DNA of 64,000 nucleotides from an uncultured cyanobacterium. GTDB lineage: Bacteria > Cyanobacteriota > Cyanobacteriia > PCC-9006 > JAAUQQ01. The translations under genes were made by a program, and so were the position numbers. How positions within the stretch are numbered: the first letter of the stretch is position 1; every line of letters begins with the position of its first letter. The notes beneath the pieces are model-generated. The model worked only from the letters and a program-made list of their open reading frames with translations. It searched no databases and was not told the DNA's origin. This document shows, in pieces, positions 50,120 through 59,631 of the stretch. The stretch spans positions 5,280,001 through 5,344,000 of the forward strand of contig OY970368.1 in NCBI GenBank assembly GCA_963718615.1, read 5' to 3'.

Positions 50120-51829
50120 ATGCCCTACCCGATGAACCGCCGCGCCTACGCTGAAACCTATGGTCCGACCGTGGGCGATCGCCTCCGTCTTGCAGACACC
50201 GACCTGATCATCGAAGTCGAACAGGATTTCACCACCTACGGCGATGAGGTCAAATTTGGCGGTGGCAAGGTCATTCGCGATGGCATGGGCCAGTCGCCGA
50301 TTACGCGGGCCGATGGGGCAGTGGATGTTGTCATTACCAATGCCTTGATTCTCGATTGGTGGGGCATCGTCAAGGCGGACATTGGCATTAAGGAGGGCCG
50401 CATTTGTAAGATTGGTAAGGCGGGCAATCCCTACATTCAAGACAACGTTGATATTATTATTGGCCCTGCAACTGAGGCGATCGCAGGTGAAGGCAAAATC
50501 ATCACCGCCGGGGGCATTGACTCCCATATTCACTTCATTTGTCCCCAGCAGATTGAGACGGCGGTCGCCTCAGGCGTCACAACTATGATCGGCGGCGGCA
50601 CCGGACCCGCCACAGGAACCAATGCCACAACCTGTACGCCGGGAGCCTGGAACCTTTACCGGATGTTGCAATCAGCGGATGCGTTCCCGATGAATCTGGG
50701 CTTTTTGGGGAAAGGCAACAGCGCTAAACCGGAAGGCTTGGCGGAACAGATTCGGGCCGGAGCCATGGGGCTGAAGCTTCACGAGGACTGGGGCACGACG
50801 CCTGCGACGATCGATACTTGCCTCGCCGTTGCGGATGAGTTTGATGTACAAGTGGCGATTCATACCGACACGCTCAACGAAGCGGGATTTGTAGAACAGA
50901 CGATCGCCGCTTTCAAAAATCGTGCTATCCATACCTATCACACCGAAGGCGCTGGGGGCGGCCACGCGCCAGACATCATCCGGGTTTGTGCGGAGCTGAA
51001 TGTGCTGCCGTCCTCCACGAACCCCACAAGACCCTACACGGTCAACACCCTAGACGAACACCTCGACATGCTGATGGTTTGTCATCACCTCGACCCCAGT
51101 ATTGCCGAGGATGTGGCTTTTGCAGAATCACGGATTCGGCGAGAAACCATTGCCGCAGAAGATATTCTTCACGACCTTGGAGCCTTTAGCATGATTGCCT
51201 CCGATTCCCAGGCCATGGGTCGGGTGGGCGAGGTGATTATTCGCACTTGGCAGACGGCCCATAAAATGAAAGTCCAGCGGGGAGCGCTAGCAGAGGATTC
51301 TGCCCGCAACGACAACCACCGGGCCAAGCGCTATGTGGCGAAGTACACGATCAACCCGGCGATTACCCATGGCATTGCTAACTATGTGGGTTCTGTGGAG
51401 GAGGGTAAGTTGGCGGATCTGTGTTTGTGGGATCCGGCGATGTTTGGGGTCAAACCAGCGTTGGTCTTGAAAGGTGGCCTGATTGCCTGGGCGCAAATGG
51501 GCGATGCCAATGCCAGCATTCCTACGCCGCAGCCGGTGCATATGCGTCCGATGTTTGGCAGTTTTGGGGGGGCGATCGCCGCCACCTCCCTCACCTTCGT
51601 CTCCCAAGCGGCCCAAGACGCAGGTATTGCAGACCAAATTGGTTTAAAAACTCCCACGGTCGCGGTCAGCGGCACCCGCAGCATTACCAAGCGAGATCTA
51701 AAACTCAATGATGCGATGCCTGTGATCGAAGTAGATCCGGAAACCTATGAAGTGCGTGCGGATGGGGAGTTGTTGACCTGTGAACCGGCGACGGTGTTGC
51801 CCATGGCGCAGCGGTATTTCTTATTTTGA
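50120..51829 (+). CDS. ureC: Urease alpha subunit
   Basis: [43 protein letters not shown] and [10 protein letters not shown] motifs. Confidence 0.99.
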   Translation: MPYPMNRRAYAETYGPTVGDRLRLADTDLIIEVEQDFTTYGDEVKFGGGKVIRDGMGQSPITRADGAVDVVITNALILDWWGIVKADIGIKEGRICKIGKAGNPYIQDNVDIIIGPATEAIAGEGKIITAGGIDSHIHFICPQQIETAVASGVTTMIGGGTGPATGTNATTCTPGAWNLYRMLQSADAFPMNLGFLGKGNSAKPEGLAEQIRAGAMGLKLHEDWGTTPATIDTCLAVADEFDVQVAIHTDTLNEAGFVEQTIAAFKNRAIHTYHTEGAGGGHAPDIIRVCAELNVLPSSTNPTRPYTVNTLDEHLDMLMVCHHLDPSIAEDVAFAESRIRRETIAAEDILHDLGAFSMIASDSQAMGRVGEVIIRTWQTAHKMKVQRGALAEDSARNDNHRAKRYVAKYTINPAITHGIANYVGSVEEGKLADLCLWDPAMFGVKPALVLKGGLIAWAQMGDANASIPTPQPVHMRPMFGSFGGAIAATSLTFVSQAAQDAGIADQIGLKTPTVAVSGTRSITKRDLKLNDAMPVIEVDPETYEVRADGELLTCEPATVLPMAQRYFLF

Positions 51830-51863
51830 TGGGGCTTCTCATTAATTCCTGCAACGCCTGGTC

Positions 51864-52328
51864 TTAATGCTCTTGCTCTTGAGCTTGCCCCTTCGCAGGC
51901 GTCAGCAAAGCATCCAGTGATAGCGGCATCCCCATCAAGGCGATCGCCAACGCCAAAAACGAAGCCATGGTCAACACCAAACGCTGTCGCCACGACTGAG
52001 CTAAGGCTTTAGGACGGGTCTCAGTGGGCGATCGCAAAACAATCCGCTCCACCCAACGGGGATCATCCTCGCCCCGAACATACACCGTCACCTGAGCCAC
52101 ATCCAGCGTCTCTGGCTGCAAAAATATCAACCCATGACGCAGAAACTGTACCACCTGTTTTTTACTCGGGTAGGCTGAGCCCAAAAGCTCCAGGCGCAGC
52201 GTTCGTCCCTTTTTCCAGGCGCACACCTCTATGCCTCGGCGGCTCAGATCCTGCTGAATCAAGGCAGCGATCGCCCGAGGGTCCCCTGTTTTGGCTTGCG
52301 TGATGAGGAGGGCCTGTTCCGTATTCAT
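51864..52328 (-). CDS. Hypothetical cyanobacterial protein with a C-terminal TM segment
   Basis: AKTGDPRAIAALI...L...GI N-terminal domain seen in cyanobacterial proteins. Confidence 0.7.
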   Translation of the reverse strand: MNTEQALLITQAKTGDPRAIAALIQQDLSRRGIEVCAWKKGRTLRLELLGSAYPSKKQVVQFLRHGLIFLQPETLDVAQVTVYVRGEDDPRWVERIVLRSPTETRPKALAQSWRQRLVLTMASFLALAIALMGMPLSLDALLTPAKGQAQEQEH

Positions 52329-52407
52329 CCAAAATTATTGGGTTTACCTGTATTTTTTCTTCTAATAAAGTTACGGTAAACCCGGAAGATTCAGCCTAAT
52401 TATCTCT

Positions 52408-52962
52408 TTATGTAGAGAAACTTTCTCCGGGGCGATCGGCCTCGTACAACCCCGATTTGCCGCCGAGCTTGCGCACCAAGCGGATTCGTTCAATGGTCAT
52501 CGATTTTTCCAGCGCCTTGGCCATGTCATAGAGCGTTAACGCCGCCACGCTCACCGCCGTTAGGGCCTCCATCTCCACACCCGTTTCCGCATGGGTCTTC
52601 ACCGTGGCTTCAATGCGATACCCCGGCAAGTTTGGTTCGGGAGTAATGTTGACTGCAATTTTTTTGAGCGGTAGGGGATGGCACAAAGGAATCAGATGGG
52701 CGGTTTGCTTGGCGGCCATCATTCCCGCGAGTCGGGCTGTGCCAATCACATCCCCTTTGGGGGCATTGCCTGACTCGATCGCCTGGAGGGTTTCAGGCTG
52801 CATCCGGAGGTAGCCCTCGGCGATCGCCTCCCGCGCCGTCACCGCCTTGGCCGAAACATCCACCATTTGGGCCGTTCCCTGAGCATCGAGGTGGCTGAGT
52901 GGCGGTCCCTCGTCCGGAAAATTTGTGGAGAAATTTGTAGAGAAATTAGAAATTGGTTGCAT
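52408..52962 (-). CDS. moaC: Cyclic pyranopterin monophosphate synthase
   Basis: [34 protein letters not shown] and GGKSG motifs. Confidence 0.97.
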   Translation of the reverse strand: MQPISNFSTNFSTNFPDEGPPLSHLDAQGTAQMVDVSAKAVTAREAIAEGYLRMQPETLQAIESGNAPKGDVIGTARLAGMMAAKQTAHLIPLCHPLPLKKIAVNITPEPNLPGYRIEATVKTHAETGVEMEALTAVSVAALTLYDMAKALEKSMTIERIRLVRKLGGKSGLYEADRPGESFST

Positions 52963-53000
52963 CCTGCACCCTATCCTGTGCTATTGTAGGAACGCGTTGA

Positions 53001-53074
53001 GGGCTTGTAGCTCAGTGGATTAGAGCATCTGACTACGGATCAGAGGGTCGGGGGTTCGAATCCCTCCAAGCCCG
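53001..53074 (+). tRNA. trnR-ACG: tRNA-Arg (ACG)
   Basis: GGGCTTG/CAAGCCC acceptor stem, D arm AGCTCAGTGGATTAGAGC, anticodon arm TCTGA-CTACGGA-TCAGA, T arm GGGGGTTCGAATCCCTC. CCA is not encoded. Confidence 0.97.
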
Positions 53075-53091
53075 TTAAAACACCTCCCATT

Positions 53092-53131
53092 AAAACTCCT
53101 TAGAGTAAGCTTACGCTGCTTCGAGGAGTTT
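53092..53131. terminator. Bidirectional terminator between the tRNA and the MFS gene
   Basis: AAAACTCCT...AGGAGTTTT. Confidence 0.65.
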
Positions 53132-53147
53132 TGTTTTGGGACCCTGG

Positions 53148-54389
53148 TTATCTCACCAGTTCTCTCACCGCGTAGGAATCTTCACCCTGACCCAGGGCGT
53201 AGCGCAGGGAATGGCCCAGGCTTTTACCGGATTGGGTGACAAATAGGGCCAAGGCCAAAAGCACCATCACCGCTGTAATGGCAAAGAGTGGGCGATAGCC
53301 GAGCTGATTGGCGACTTGGCCGAAGAGGGGGGCGGCGATCGCTCCCCCCAGATCCAATCCCAGCAAACACACCCCAAAAATCCGTCCCCGTTCTTCCGGG
53401 CGCGAGCGATCGGCCAACATCGCCGCCAGCATGGGAATCAGCAGGCCAAACCCTCCCCCTTCGATCGCCGCTGCCACGAGAAAGGCCTGGGGCGTCTGGG
53501 CCAAAAACAACAGGACCATGGCAATGCCGTAGGCCACAATCCCCAGGGTCATAAACAGCCCCCGGCCAAACCGCCGCGACGCCGTTCCTGCCACCAGCCG
53601 CATAATAAAGCCCATCATGGCAGCGGTACTAAAAAACAGACCGGCTGAGAGGGCAATCTGCTCAGACTTAAGGTACAGAGCTGTGAACGTCATCAGATTG
53701 CCAAAGGCCAGCCCCAGTAGCAGCATCACAACGGTCGGCACCCACACCGCCGGAGCCCGCAGCAGCCCCCAAAAGGCCAGTTTCTGACCCGCAGCATTTT
53801 GAGTCAATTGGGTTTGGTTGACTTCCTGCACCCGCAACGAGAGCAAAAACCCCAATCCCCCCAGAACACTCGCTGTCCAAAACAGGGGGGGAAATCCTAG
53901 AGTTTCGAGGAGAACGCTCCCCAAGGCTGGACCGATGGCCATGCCCACGGGGGTTGTTAGGCTCATGTAGCTAATCACCTCAGTTCGCACGGTCAGCGGC
54001 GCAATGTCGGCAACCAACGCAGAATAGGCCAGCGTCACCGCCGCGACGCTGAGGCCATGGAAAATCCGCGTGGCGAAGAGCAGGGGCAAGCTTTGCGTGA
54101 GCGCATAGCCCAGGGGGGCGATCGCCACCGCCGCCATCCCAATCAACAGCGCCGGTTTGCGTCCTCGGCGATCCGCCAGTTGTGCCAAGCGGGGCCGAAA
54201 CAGCAGCAACCCCACCGTAAACCCACCAATGACTTGACCCACCTGTCCCGGTGTTCCCCCAATGTGCTCAATGTAGAGCGGCAGTGTGGGCAAAAACAGC
54301 GTCAGGCTAGCCCAAAATAAAAGACTTGCTGCGAAAAGCGTCAGCAAGTTCCAACGTTGGGCAACGGAAAGTGCCCGAAAGCTATTCAA
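53148..54389 (-). CDS. MFS transporter
   Basis: 12-TM pattern with LADRRGRK, RIFHG and GPALG motifs. Confidence 0.93.
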   Translation of the reverse strand: MNSFRALSVAQRWNLLTLFAASLLFWASLTLFLPTLPLYIEHIGGTPGQVGQVIGGFTVGLLLFRPRLAQLADRRGRKPALLIGMAAVAIAPLGYALTQSLPLLFATRIFHGLSVAAVTLAYSALVADIAPLTVRTEVISYMSLTTPVGMAIGPALGSVLLETLGFPPLFWTASVLGGLGFLLSLRVQEVNQTQLTQNAAGQKLAFWGLLRAPAVWVPTVVMLLLGLAFGNLMTFTALYLKSEQIALSAGLFFSTAAMMGFIMRLVAGTASRRFGRGLFMTLGIVAYGIAMVLLFLAQTPQAFLVAAAIEGGGFGLLIPMLAAMLADRSRPEERGRIFGVCLLGLDLGGAIAAPLFGQVANQLGYRPLFAITAVMVLLALALFVTQSGKSLGHSLRYALGQGEDSYAVRELVR

Positions 54390-54447
54390 AGTAGATTCCT
54401 CGTACCACGAACTCTTTTCCTATGATGGAACGTGGCCGAGGAAATCG

Positions 54448-54500
54448 CTAGTTCGGCGTCTAGTTCAGCGTCTAGTTCAACGTTTCGTTCAACGTCTAGT
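54448..54500. repeat. 12-bp tandem repeat (about 4.4 copies) at the stop codon of the small upstream gene
   Basis: CTAGTTCGGCGT CTAGTTCAGCGT CTAGTTCAACGT TTCGTTCAACGT CTAGT. Confidence 0.85.
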
Positions 54501-54714
54501 AAGCCTGACGAGAGATCTGCTTCTCAACCAAAGCCTGAGTGTCGTGGAGCATCGTCGTGCGGCTGTCGCGGGGTTGACCCATGCTAGGAACGAGATTGCG
54601 GGCTTGAAGGGTCATGTGGAGCTGGAGTTCGGCCACGTAGTCGGCAAAGTTCTCACGCTGCTGAGCGGGACTGGTGGACTGTGCCTGGACGGTGTTCATC
54701 ATGCTGTTAGCCAT
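54496..54714 (-). CDS. Small conserved cyanobacterial hypothetical protein
   Basis: FADYVAELQLHMTLQARNL...LLH..QA..EKQISRQ-type sequence; co-oriented with its neighbours. Confidence 0.7.
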   Translation of the reverse strand: MANSMMNTVQAQSTSPAQQRENFADYVAELQLHMTLQARNLVPSMGQPRDSRTTMLHDTQALVEKQISRQAY

Positions 54715-54852
54715 AAGGATAACGTTGACCTATTAGAGCGGCTTATGAATCGCATCACTCTACAGAGATATCATAGCGATCTAAAGGGGTTTAGACTTTG
54801 CAACGAAGCGTAATGATTGTTCCCACCCTTACAAGGTGTTCGAACAAGGGTT

Positions 54853-57033
54853 CTACCCCGCGAGAAACTGCTCCATCCAGCCCTGAACCAAGTCGCGGCG
54901 CTCTACATCGCTCCAGGTCAGCCAAGTGTCCAGTGTGACTTGGGCGGTTACCCAATCCACCAGTGGCCAGAGCTCTTCGTCGAGCTCCTGTTTGAAGCGA
55001 TCGGGACTGCTGAACATAAACCGGGATTTTTTCTCGGTCATGCGGGCGAGAAATTTTGTACGGAGGTAGTAGGGGCTTTTGAGTTTGAGGGCGAAGCTGC
55101 CGTCCCCGAGGCGAATCATGAAGCCTTCGTGGTTGACCGTGCGGACTTGGGCGATCGCCTCCCCAAACGTCCCCTCAAACCAATGGGGACGAGCCACCTG
55201 AAGGGTTGTCGCCGCTACATCCAAATCCGCTTCGGGATAGAACTCCGCAATGTGCAAGGGCTGTGGGTTGAGCCTCTGCGAAGCCTGCCCTGCCCCAATC
55301 AAATGCAGCCCTTCCTGGTCTTTGGAATACTGGATAATGTGGGGGTCGTCCTGATGAATGGCTTCCCACAGGAGCGTTACGCCTGGATGTGCCCGCAACC
55401 AGCCGATAACTCTGCCATAGAGACCCTCTCGATACAGCAAGGCTTTGGCCCGCTCCACATATTCCCCTTCAAACGAGCCGGAGCAAGTCACAACCACTTC
55501 GCTGGGATGGTAGGGATGCAAAAAGGTCGTAACCAAAAAGCCATTGAGTTTTTCAATCGCCGTTACGGGTTTATCGAGCGGCAGCGTCGTCCCTTGTTCC
55601 CTATAGTTGAACGTGCGGGGAAAGGGAAAGCTAATGGGTTCGCCATGGAGACCCACGACCACCCCCCGCGCCAGTTTGAGCTCTGGGTGACGTTCCCAGG
55701 CAGACGCGGTGTAAAAGGCTCTGGAGGTGTATTTATACAGGGTTAAAGGCCCAGCGTTGACCCGTTTAACCAGTTTGTGGCCCACTAGATTTTCGAGGCG
55801 ATCGGCCAGACTTGCGGGCTTTTTGCTATAGTCAAATCCACAAGGCATTCGAACAATGGTTTCCTCAGGCAGTTGCAAGGCCACCAACGGCCCCCCAAAG
55901 CCTGCGCCTTCTTCCAGGGAATAAATGCGATTGGCTTTGCCTAGCTCCGTAGGCTCCTCTGGCGAGGTCAGGGGGATATGACCCCGCACCAAACCCAGCG
56001 TGGAAGTTTGCCGAAAAACGCTATCCGTATCGTGGCTTTCGTTGACTCGGCAACGACCATAGACCCGATCATGGCCCGGTTGCAGGAGGGGATCAAACCA
56101 CTCAATATCGCCGTGACACAGCACGCGGTTCTGGTAGCGGTAGAACGTGGGCAGGTTGCTAATAAACCGAATTAGGGTTTGCCGCTGAGCTTCGGTTTGC
56201 TGAAGGGCGAAGTGGAGGGTTTCTCGGGTGGCGCGCGATCGCACATTCTCCCCCCGCAACCCTCGCAGCAGATTATGGTCATGGTTTCCCCGCAGGCAGT
56301 AGTGACCCTGGCTCACTGCTGCCATAACCCGATCGAGAACCTCTAAGGACTGGGGACCGCGATCGACTAGATCTCCCAAAAAGCAGAGCTTCCGTCCCTG
56401 GGGATGCTGGAAGCTTTCGTCATAGCCCAGTTGCGTGAGCAAAGCCCTGAGACCATCGGCCAGTCCATGGACATCGCCAATCACATCCAGCAGCGTTTCG
56501 TCTGGAATCGTGGGAATCTGGGGTTCTAGGACAATGCCCGAGGGGATGCATTGATATGGCCAGCGAGAATCCCGCTGCAGCCGATTGAGAAATTGAGTTA
56601 AGACGCCATCGGGCACGGCACAGCGACGGTTTTGATTTTGGCGACGGAGCTGATCTTCTGGTAAGTCAAAGATGATGACTTGAATCGGTACGCCTAGAGT
56701 TTCCGCAATTTCAGCGAAGGGTTTGCGTTCTTTGTCGCTAATCAGGGTTGCATCGACAATGGTGGTTAGGCCCGCTTTGAGACGCGATCGCACCACCTGT
56801 CCCATCACCGAAAATACCAGTCCATCATCCACCGCTAGGGGGCGCTCGGCCACCTGGCCATCGACCACTGCCGGTCCCATGCCAAAAAAGCGACTGCGAT
56901 AGTCATCGCTAGAGACGATGAGGGAAGGTGGCAGGGCTGCACAGGCTGTACTTTTGCCGCAACCGGGTGGTCCAGATAACAGCACGAGACAACCCAGGGG
57001 GATCGGTAGGGTTTGGGTGGAAAACGGATACAT
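54853..57033 (-). CDS. Trifunctional RNA repair enzyme: polynucleotide kinase, metallophosphoesterase, T4 Rnl1-type ligase
   Basis: Kinase GPPGCGKST, SSDDYR, DAT; phosphoesterase GDVHG, GDLVDRG, GNHD, GH; ligase LYKY...ARG...FNY, EKLNG, WEAI...PHII, EGFMI, KLKSPYY. Confidence 0.88.
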   Translation of the reverse strand: MYPFSTQTLPIPLGCLVLLSGPPGCGKSTACAALPPSLIVSSDDYRSRFFGMGPAVVDGQVAERPLAVDDGLVFSVMGQVVRSRLKAGLTTIVDATLISDKERKPFAEIAETLGVPIQVIIFDLPEDQLRRQNQNRRCAVPDGVLTQFLNRLQRDSRWPYQCIPSGIVLEPQIPTIPDETLLDVIGDVHGLADGLRALLTQLGYDESFQHPQGRKLCFLGDLVDRGPQSLEVLDRVMAAVSQGHYCLRGNHDHNLLRGLRGENVRSRATRETLHFALQQTEAQRQTLIRFISNLPTFYRYQNRVLCHGDIEWFDPLLQPGHDRVYGRCRVNESHDTDSVFRQTSTLGLVRGHIPLTSPEEPTELGKANRIYSLEEGAGFGGPLVALQLPEETIVRMPCGFDYSKKPASLADRLENLVGHKLVKRVNAGPLTLYKYTSRAFYTASAWERHPELKLARGVVVGLHGEPISFPFPRTFNYREQGTTLPLDKPVTAIEKLNGFLVTTFLHPYHPSEVVVTCSGSFEGEYVERAKALLYREGLYGRVIGWLRAHPGVTLLWEAIHQDDPHIIQYSKDQEGLHLIGAGQASQRLNPQPLHIAEFYPEADLDVAATTLQVARPHWFEGTFGEAIAQVRTVNHEGFMIRLGDGSFALKLKSPYYLRTKFLARMTEKKSRFMFSSPDRFKQELDEELWPLVDWVTAQVTLDTWLTWSDVERRDLVQGWMEQFLAG

Positions 57034-57205
57034 GATTTTATTATCGCTTGAACTTTTAGTTTTCCCGCCTGACCCTGATCTGAAAACGAGAATTTCTAAA
57101 GATTAGATCTTAGCTTGAGAAGTCTGGGAACAAAACCTGGGAATAATCATACAGAAGTCAGAGCAGTCTAAACCCTGCACGTTAATAACAGTGTCGTTCA
57201 AAACC

Positions 57206-58156
57206 ATGCATCAAAATTCTCAGTTTAATCAGACTCAGTTTAATCAGACTCTGCGGTCTCACCCACTCAAATTGATCAACCGCCGAACGTTCCTCTTCGG
57301 TTCGGGGATGGTGTTAGCTCGATCTGTGACCTTGCCCTTCCAGCTCACTCCACCCATCAATGTCTCTCTGGCATCCCAACCCAGCCCACTCCCCGTGGAG
57401 CGAATCACCGTCGCGGGGGGCGTACCGTTGTATCGAACGATGGTTGATCTACAGGATCCGGAAGTCTTCCTGAGTATTGGCCTTGCAAACAATGCCACTC
57501 AGGCCAATAGCAGTCAGTTTTCTGCGGGTGATGAAGCGTTCTCGTCATTGATTCGGCGCTATCCGGCAGCGGCTTTACTAACGGGTACCTTTTTTAGCAA
57601 GGATGCTCAGAAACGAGTCATGGGCAACATGGTTGCGGCGGGTCGCTTTCTGAAATATAGCCAGTGGGAAAACTATGGCACCACCCTGGGAATCCGGGCA
57701 GATAAACGGCTGGAAATGCGAACGGCTCGGGTGGAAGGCAAGCCGGAATGGGACAAGCATTGGTTTTCGCTGACCTGTGGACCTCGGTTGCTCAAGCAAG
57801 GCCAGGTGTGGATTTCGCCGAAGAGCGAGGGATTTAGCGATCCTCATGTTTTGGGTGTAGGGGCAAGAACAGCGGTTGGTTTTCCCAAGAGTGCCAATAA
57901 ACTTGTCTTTGCAACGTTCCTCAAACCCTTATCGCTCCAAGCGGAGGCCAATGCCATGAAAGCACTCGGCTGCTACGAGGCGATGAATTTGGATGGGGGT
58001 GCCTCTGTCGCCTTGGCCCACCGAGGTAAGGTCTTGGTAGAGGCCGGTCGGCGGTTGACGAATCTGGTGGTGGTTTATGATGTGAACCATCCGGCTCCCC
58101 AGGCGGTGAAGGAGGCGTGGCGGCGGTTTCAGGGGGAGGGGAAGGCGATCGCTTGA
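57206..58156 (+). CDS. Phosphodiester glycosidase (NAGPA) family protein
   Basis: GTFF, GPRLL, ARTAVG and AMNLDGGAS motifs; twin-arginine-like RRTFL leader. Confidence 0.88.
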   Translation: MHQNSQFNQTQFNQTLRSHPLKLINRRTFLFGSGMVLARSVTLPFQLTPPINVSLASQPSPLPVERITVAGGVPLYRTMVDLQDPEVFLSIGLANNATQANSSQFSAGDEAFSSLIRRYPAAALLTGTFFSKDAQKRVMGNMVAAGRFLKYSQWENYGTTLGIRADKRLEMRTARVEGKPEWDKHWFSLTCGPRLLKQGQVWISPKSEGFSDPHVLGVGARTAVGFPKSANKLVFATFLKPLSLQAEANAMKALGCYEAMNLDGGASVALAHRGKVLVEAGRRLTNLVVVYDVNHPAPQAVKEAWRRFQGEGKAIA

Positions 58157-58230
58157 TAATTTAGCGCTGACTTGTGTCTTGCGATCGGGCAATGGTTGAG
58201 GCATTGCGGTTCAATTGCAGGGGGATCCTG
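58156..58230 (+). pseudogene. Fragments of an HNH endonuclease gene
   Basis: Short pieces translate as DNLALTCV and MVEALRFN, resembling DNLAAAC/DNLALAC and ATVMALRMN in the HNH genes downstream. Confidence 0.45.
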
Positions 58231-58244
58231 TGTTGGAAGAATGA

Positions 58245-58412
58245 TTGTTTGGGTGAGGTAATTGGCTTCGCCTAGCTCCGAAGGATCGCTTTTGGGAGGG
58301 CAGGCGATCGCCCCCAAGCCCGCGATAGACTTGAGGGGAGGCGCGATCTTTTCCCCCTAATCTAAACTCCCCATGCAAGTCACGATTGATATCCCTGAAT
58401 CCCTGGCAGAAC
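58245..58412 (+). repeat. 168-bp direct repeat B, copy 1 (promoter plus start of a deleted paralogue of 60321..60677)
   Basis: Colinear with 60193-60360. It then jumps to CAGCCTGACCCTAAGATGA, similar to 60480-60498, implying an internal deletion of about 120 nt. Confidence 0.92.
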
Positions 58413-58447
58413 AGCCTGACCCTAAGATGACTGATTAGAATAGACCC

Positions 58448-59077
58448 ATGTTAAATGCTGGCGTTTTGACGTTTCGAGAATTTGCGATGGGTGAGCAGTT
58501 GCCGCTGGCGGTGATTCAGGAGGCGGTGCTGGAATTTTTGCAAGGCCGCGATGATGTCGTGGTCTTCGGAGCCCAGGCTGTCAATGCCTGGGTGAATGAG
58601 CCCCGGATGACTCAAGAGATGGAGCTATTTGCCCTGGAAGCAGGCAGTCTTGCCGAAGAAATCTGTAGCTACCTGAATGATAAGTTTCAGATTGCAGTGC
58701 GAGTTAGGGAGGTGAAGACTAAGCTGGGCTATCGAGTTTACCAACTCCAGAAACTTGGCAATCGGCATTTGGTTGACATTAGAGCGATTGAGAGGCTTCC
58801 TATTGCAGAGCGGATTGAGCAAGTTTTAGTCATGGCTCCGGCTGAGCTGCTGGCCTACAAAGTGATGGCCTATTATCGGCGACGGGGCAAGCCTAAGGCA
58901 GGTACAGACTGGCGGGATATTGCCATGCTGCTGTTGACGTTTCCACAGTTTCAGGAAGACCCAACATTGGTGACGGAGCGATTGGCGGTAGCGCAGGCAA
59001 CGCCTGAGATGATTGAATTGTGGGAAAAGTTGTCCCAGCAAGTATTTGAGCCAATTGATGAAGGTGAGGATTTTTGA
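58448..59077 (+). CDS. AbiEii-like nucleotidyltransferase-fold protein
   Basis: FGAQAVNAW...RMTQEME, LVDI, K..AY..RRGKPK..TDWRDI pattern of DNA-pol-beta-superfamily toxin NTases. Confidence 0.75.
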   Translation: MLNAGVLTFREFAMGEQLPLAVIQEAVLEFLQGRDDVVVFGAQAVNAWVNEPRMTQEMELFALEAGSLAEEICSYLNDKFQIAVRVREVKTKLGYRVYQLQKLGNRHLVDIRAIERLPIAERIEQVLVMAPAELLAYKVMAYYRRRGKPKAGTDWRDIAMLLLTFPQFQEDPTLVTERLAVAQATPEMIELWEKLSQQVFEPIDEGEDF

Positions 59078-59191
59078 GAGAGACCGAGCAGCCTATTGCA
59101 TCAGGGCAGTAGCTAGCATTATCTGCTGAATAACAGGGGTAAAATGGTGCTAAATCCTTATTTGCAACTCTATATTTTGGAGATACGATTG

Positions 59192-59614
59192 ATGCAGACT
59201 CATTCTATAACAATTGAGCTACCCCCAGCTGTGTTCCAGCAGCTTGAGCAGATAGCGGTTGTGACACAGCAGCCAATTGAACAGTTGGTGATACAAAGCG
59301 TGGCCAATAATTTGCCACCGATGCCAACCGTTAGCTCGATGGAGCTTCAGCGGGAGTTGTTAGGTTTTCAGCAGCAGCCTTTAGAGCAGGTATTACAGGT
59401 TGCTAGGTCTGTGATGGATGAGGCGACTGGTCGGCGGCAGGCGGAACTGCTGGAGCGAAACCAGGATGAGCCATTAACGGCAGAGGAACAGCAGGAGCTG
59501 ACGGAGTTGCGGGAACTCGCGGATGGTCTGATGTTGCGGAAGGCTTATGCATGGGCAGTTTTGAAGTGGCGGGGATATCCGATTCCAGCTTTGAATAGTT
59601 TGCCAGTGGGCTAG
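59192..59614 (+). CDS. Small partner (putative antitoxin) of an HNH gene
   Basis: RHH-like N-terminus ITIELPP..FQQL..IA; C-terminal ELLERNQ..PLTAEEQQEL...LMLRKAYAWAVLKWRG. Confidence 0.75.
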   Translation: MQTHSITIELPPAVFQQLEQIAVVTQQPIEQLVIQSVANNLPPMPTVSSMELQRELLGFQQQPLEQVLQVARSVMDEATGRRQAELLERNQDEPLTAEEQQELTELRELADGLMLRKAYAWAVLKWRGYPIPALNSLPVG

Positions 59615-59631
59615 GTGGGGACTGTAGGCAG

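Noticed and set aside
43942-54500. The 12-bp arrays, or repeats A and B, as CRISPR arrays
   Set aside because: No regular unique spacers, wrong repeat lengths and no cas genes.
54817-55746. 309-aa ORF antisense to the RNA repair gene
   Set aside because: Lies almost entirely over a motif-rich gene on the opposite strand and has no recognisable motifs; treated as a shadow ORF.
58314-58322. CCAAGCCCG matching the tRNA-Arg 3' end, as a possible attR
   Set aside because: Only 9 nt, the paralogous repeat copy differs at this spot, and no integrase is present.
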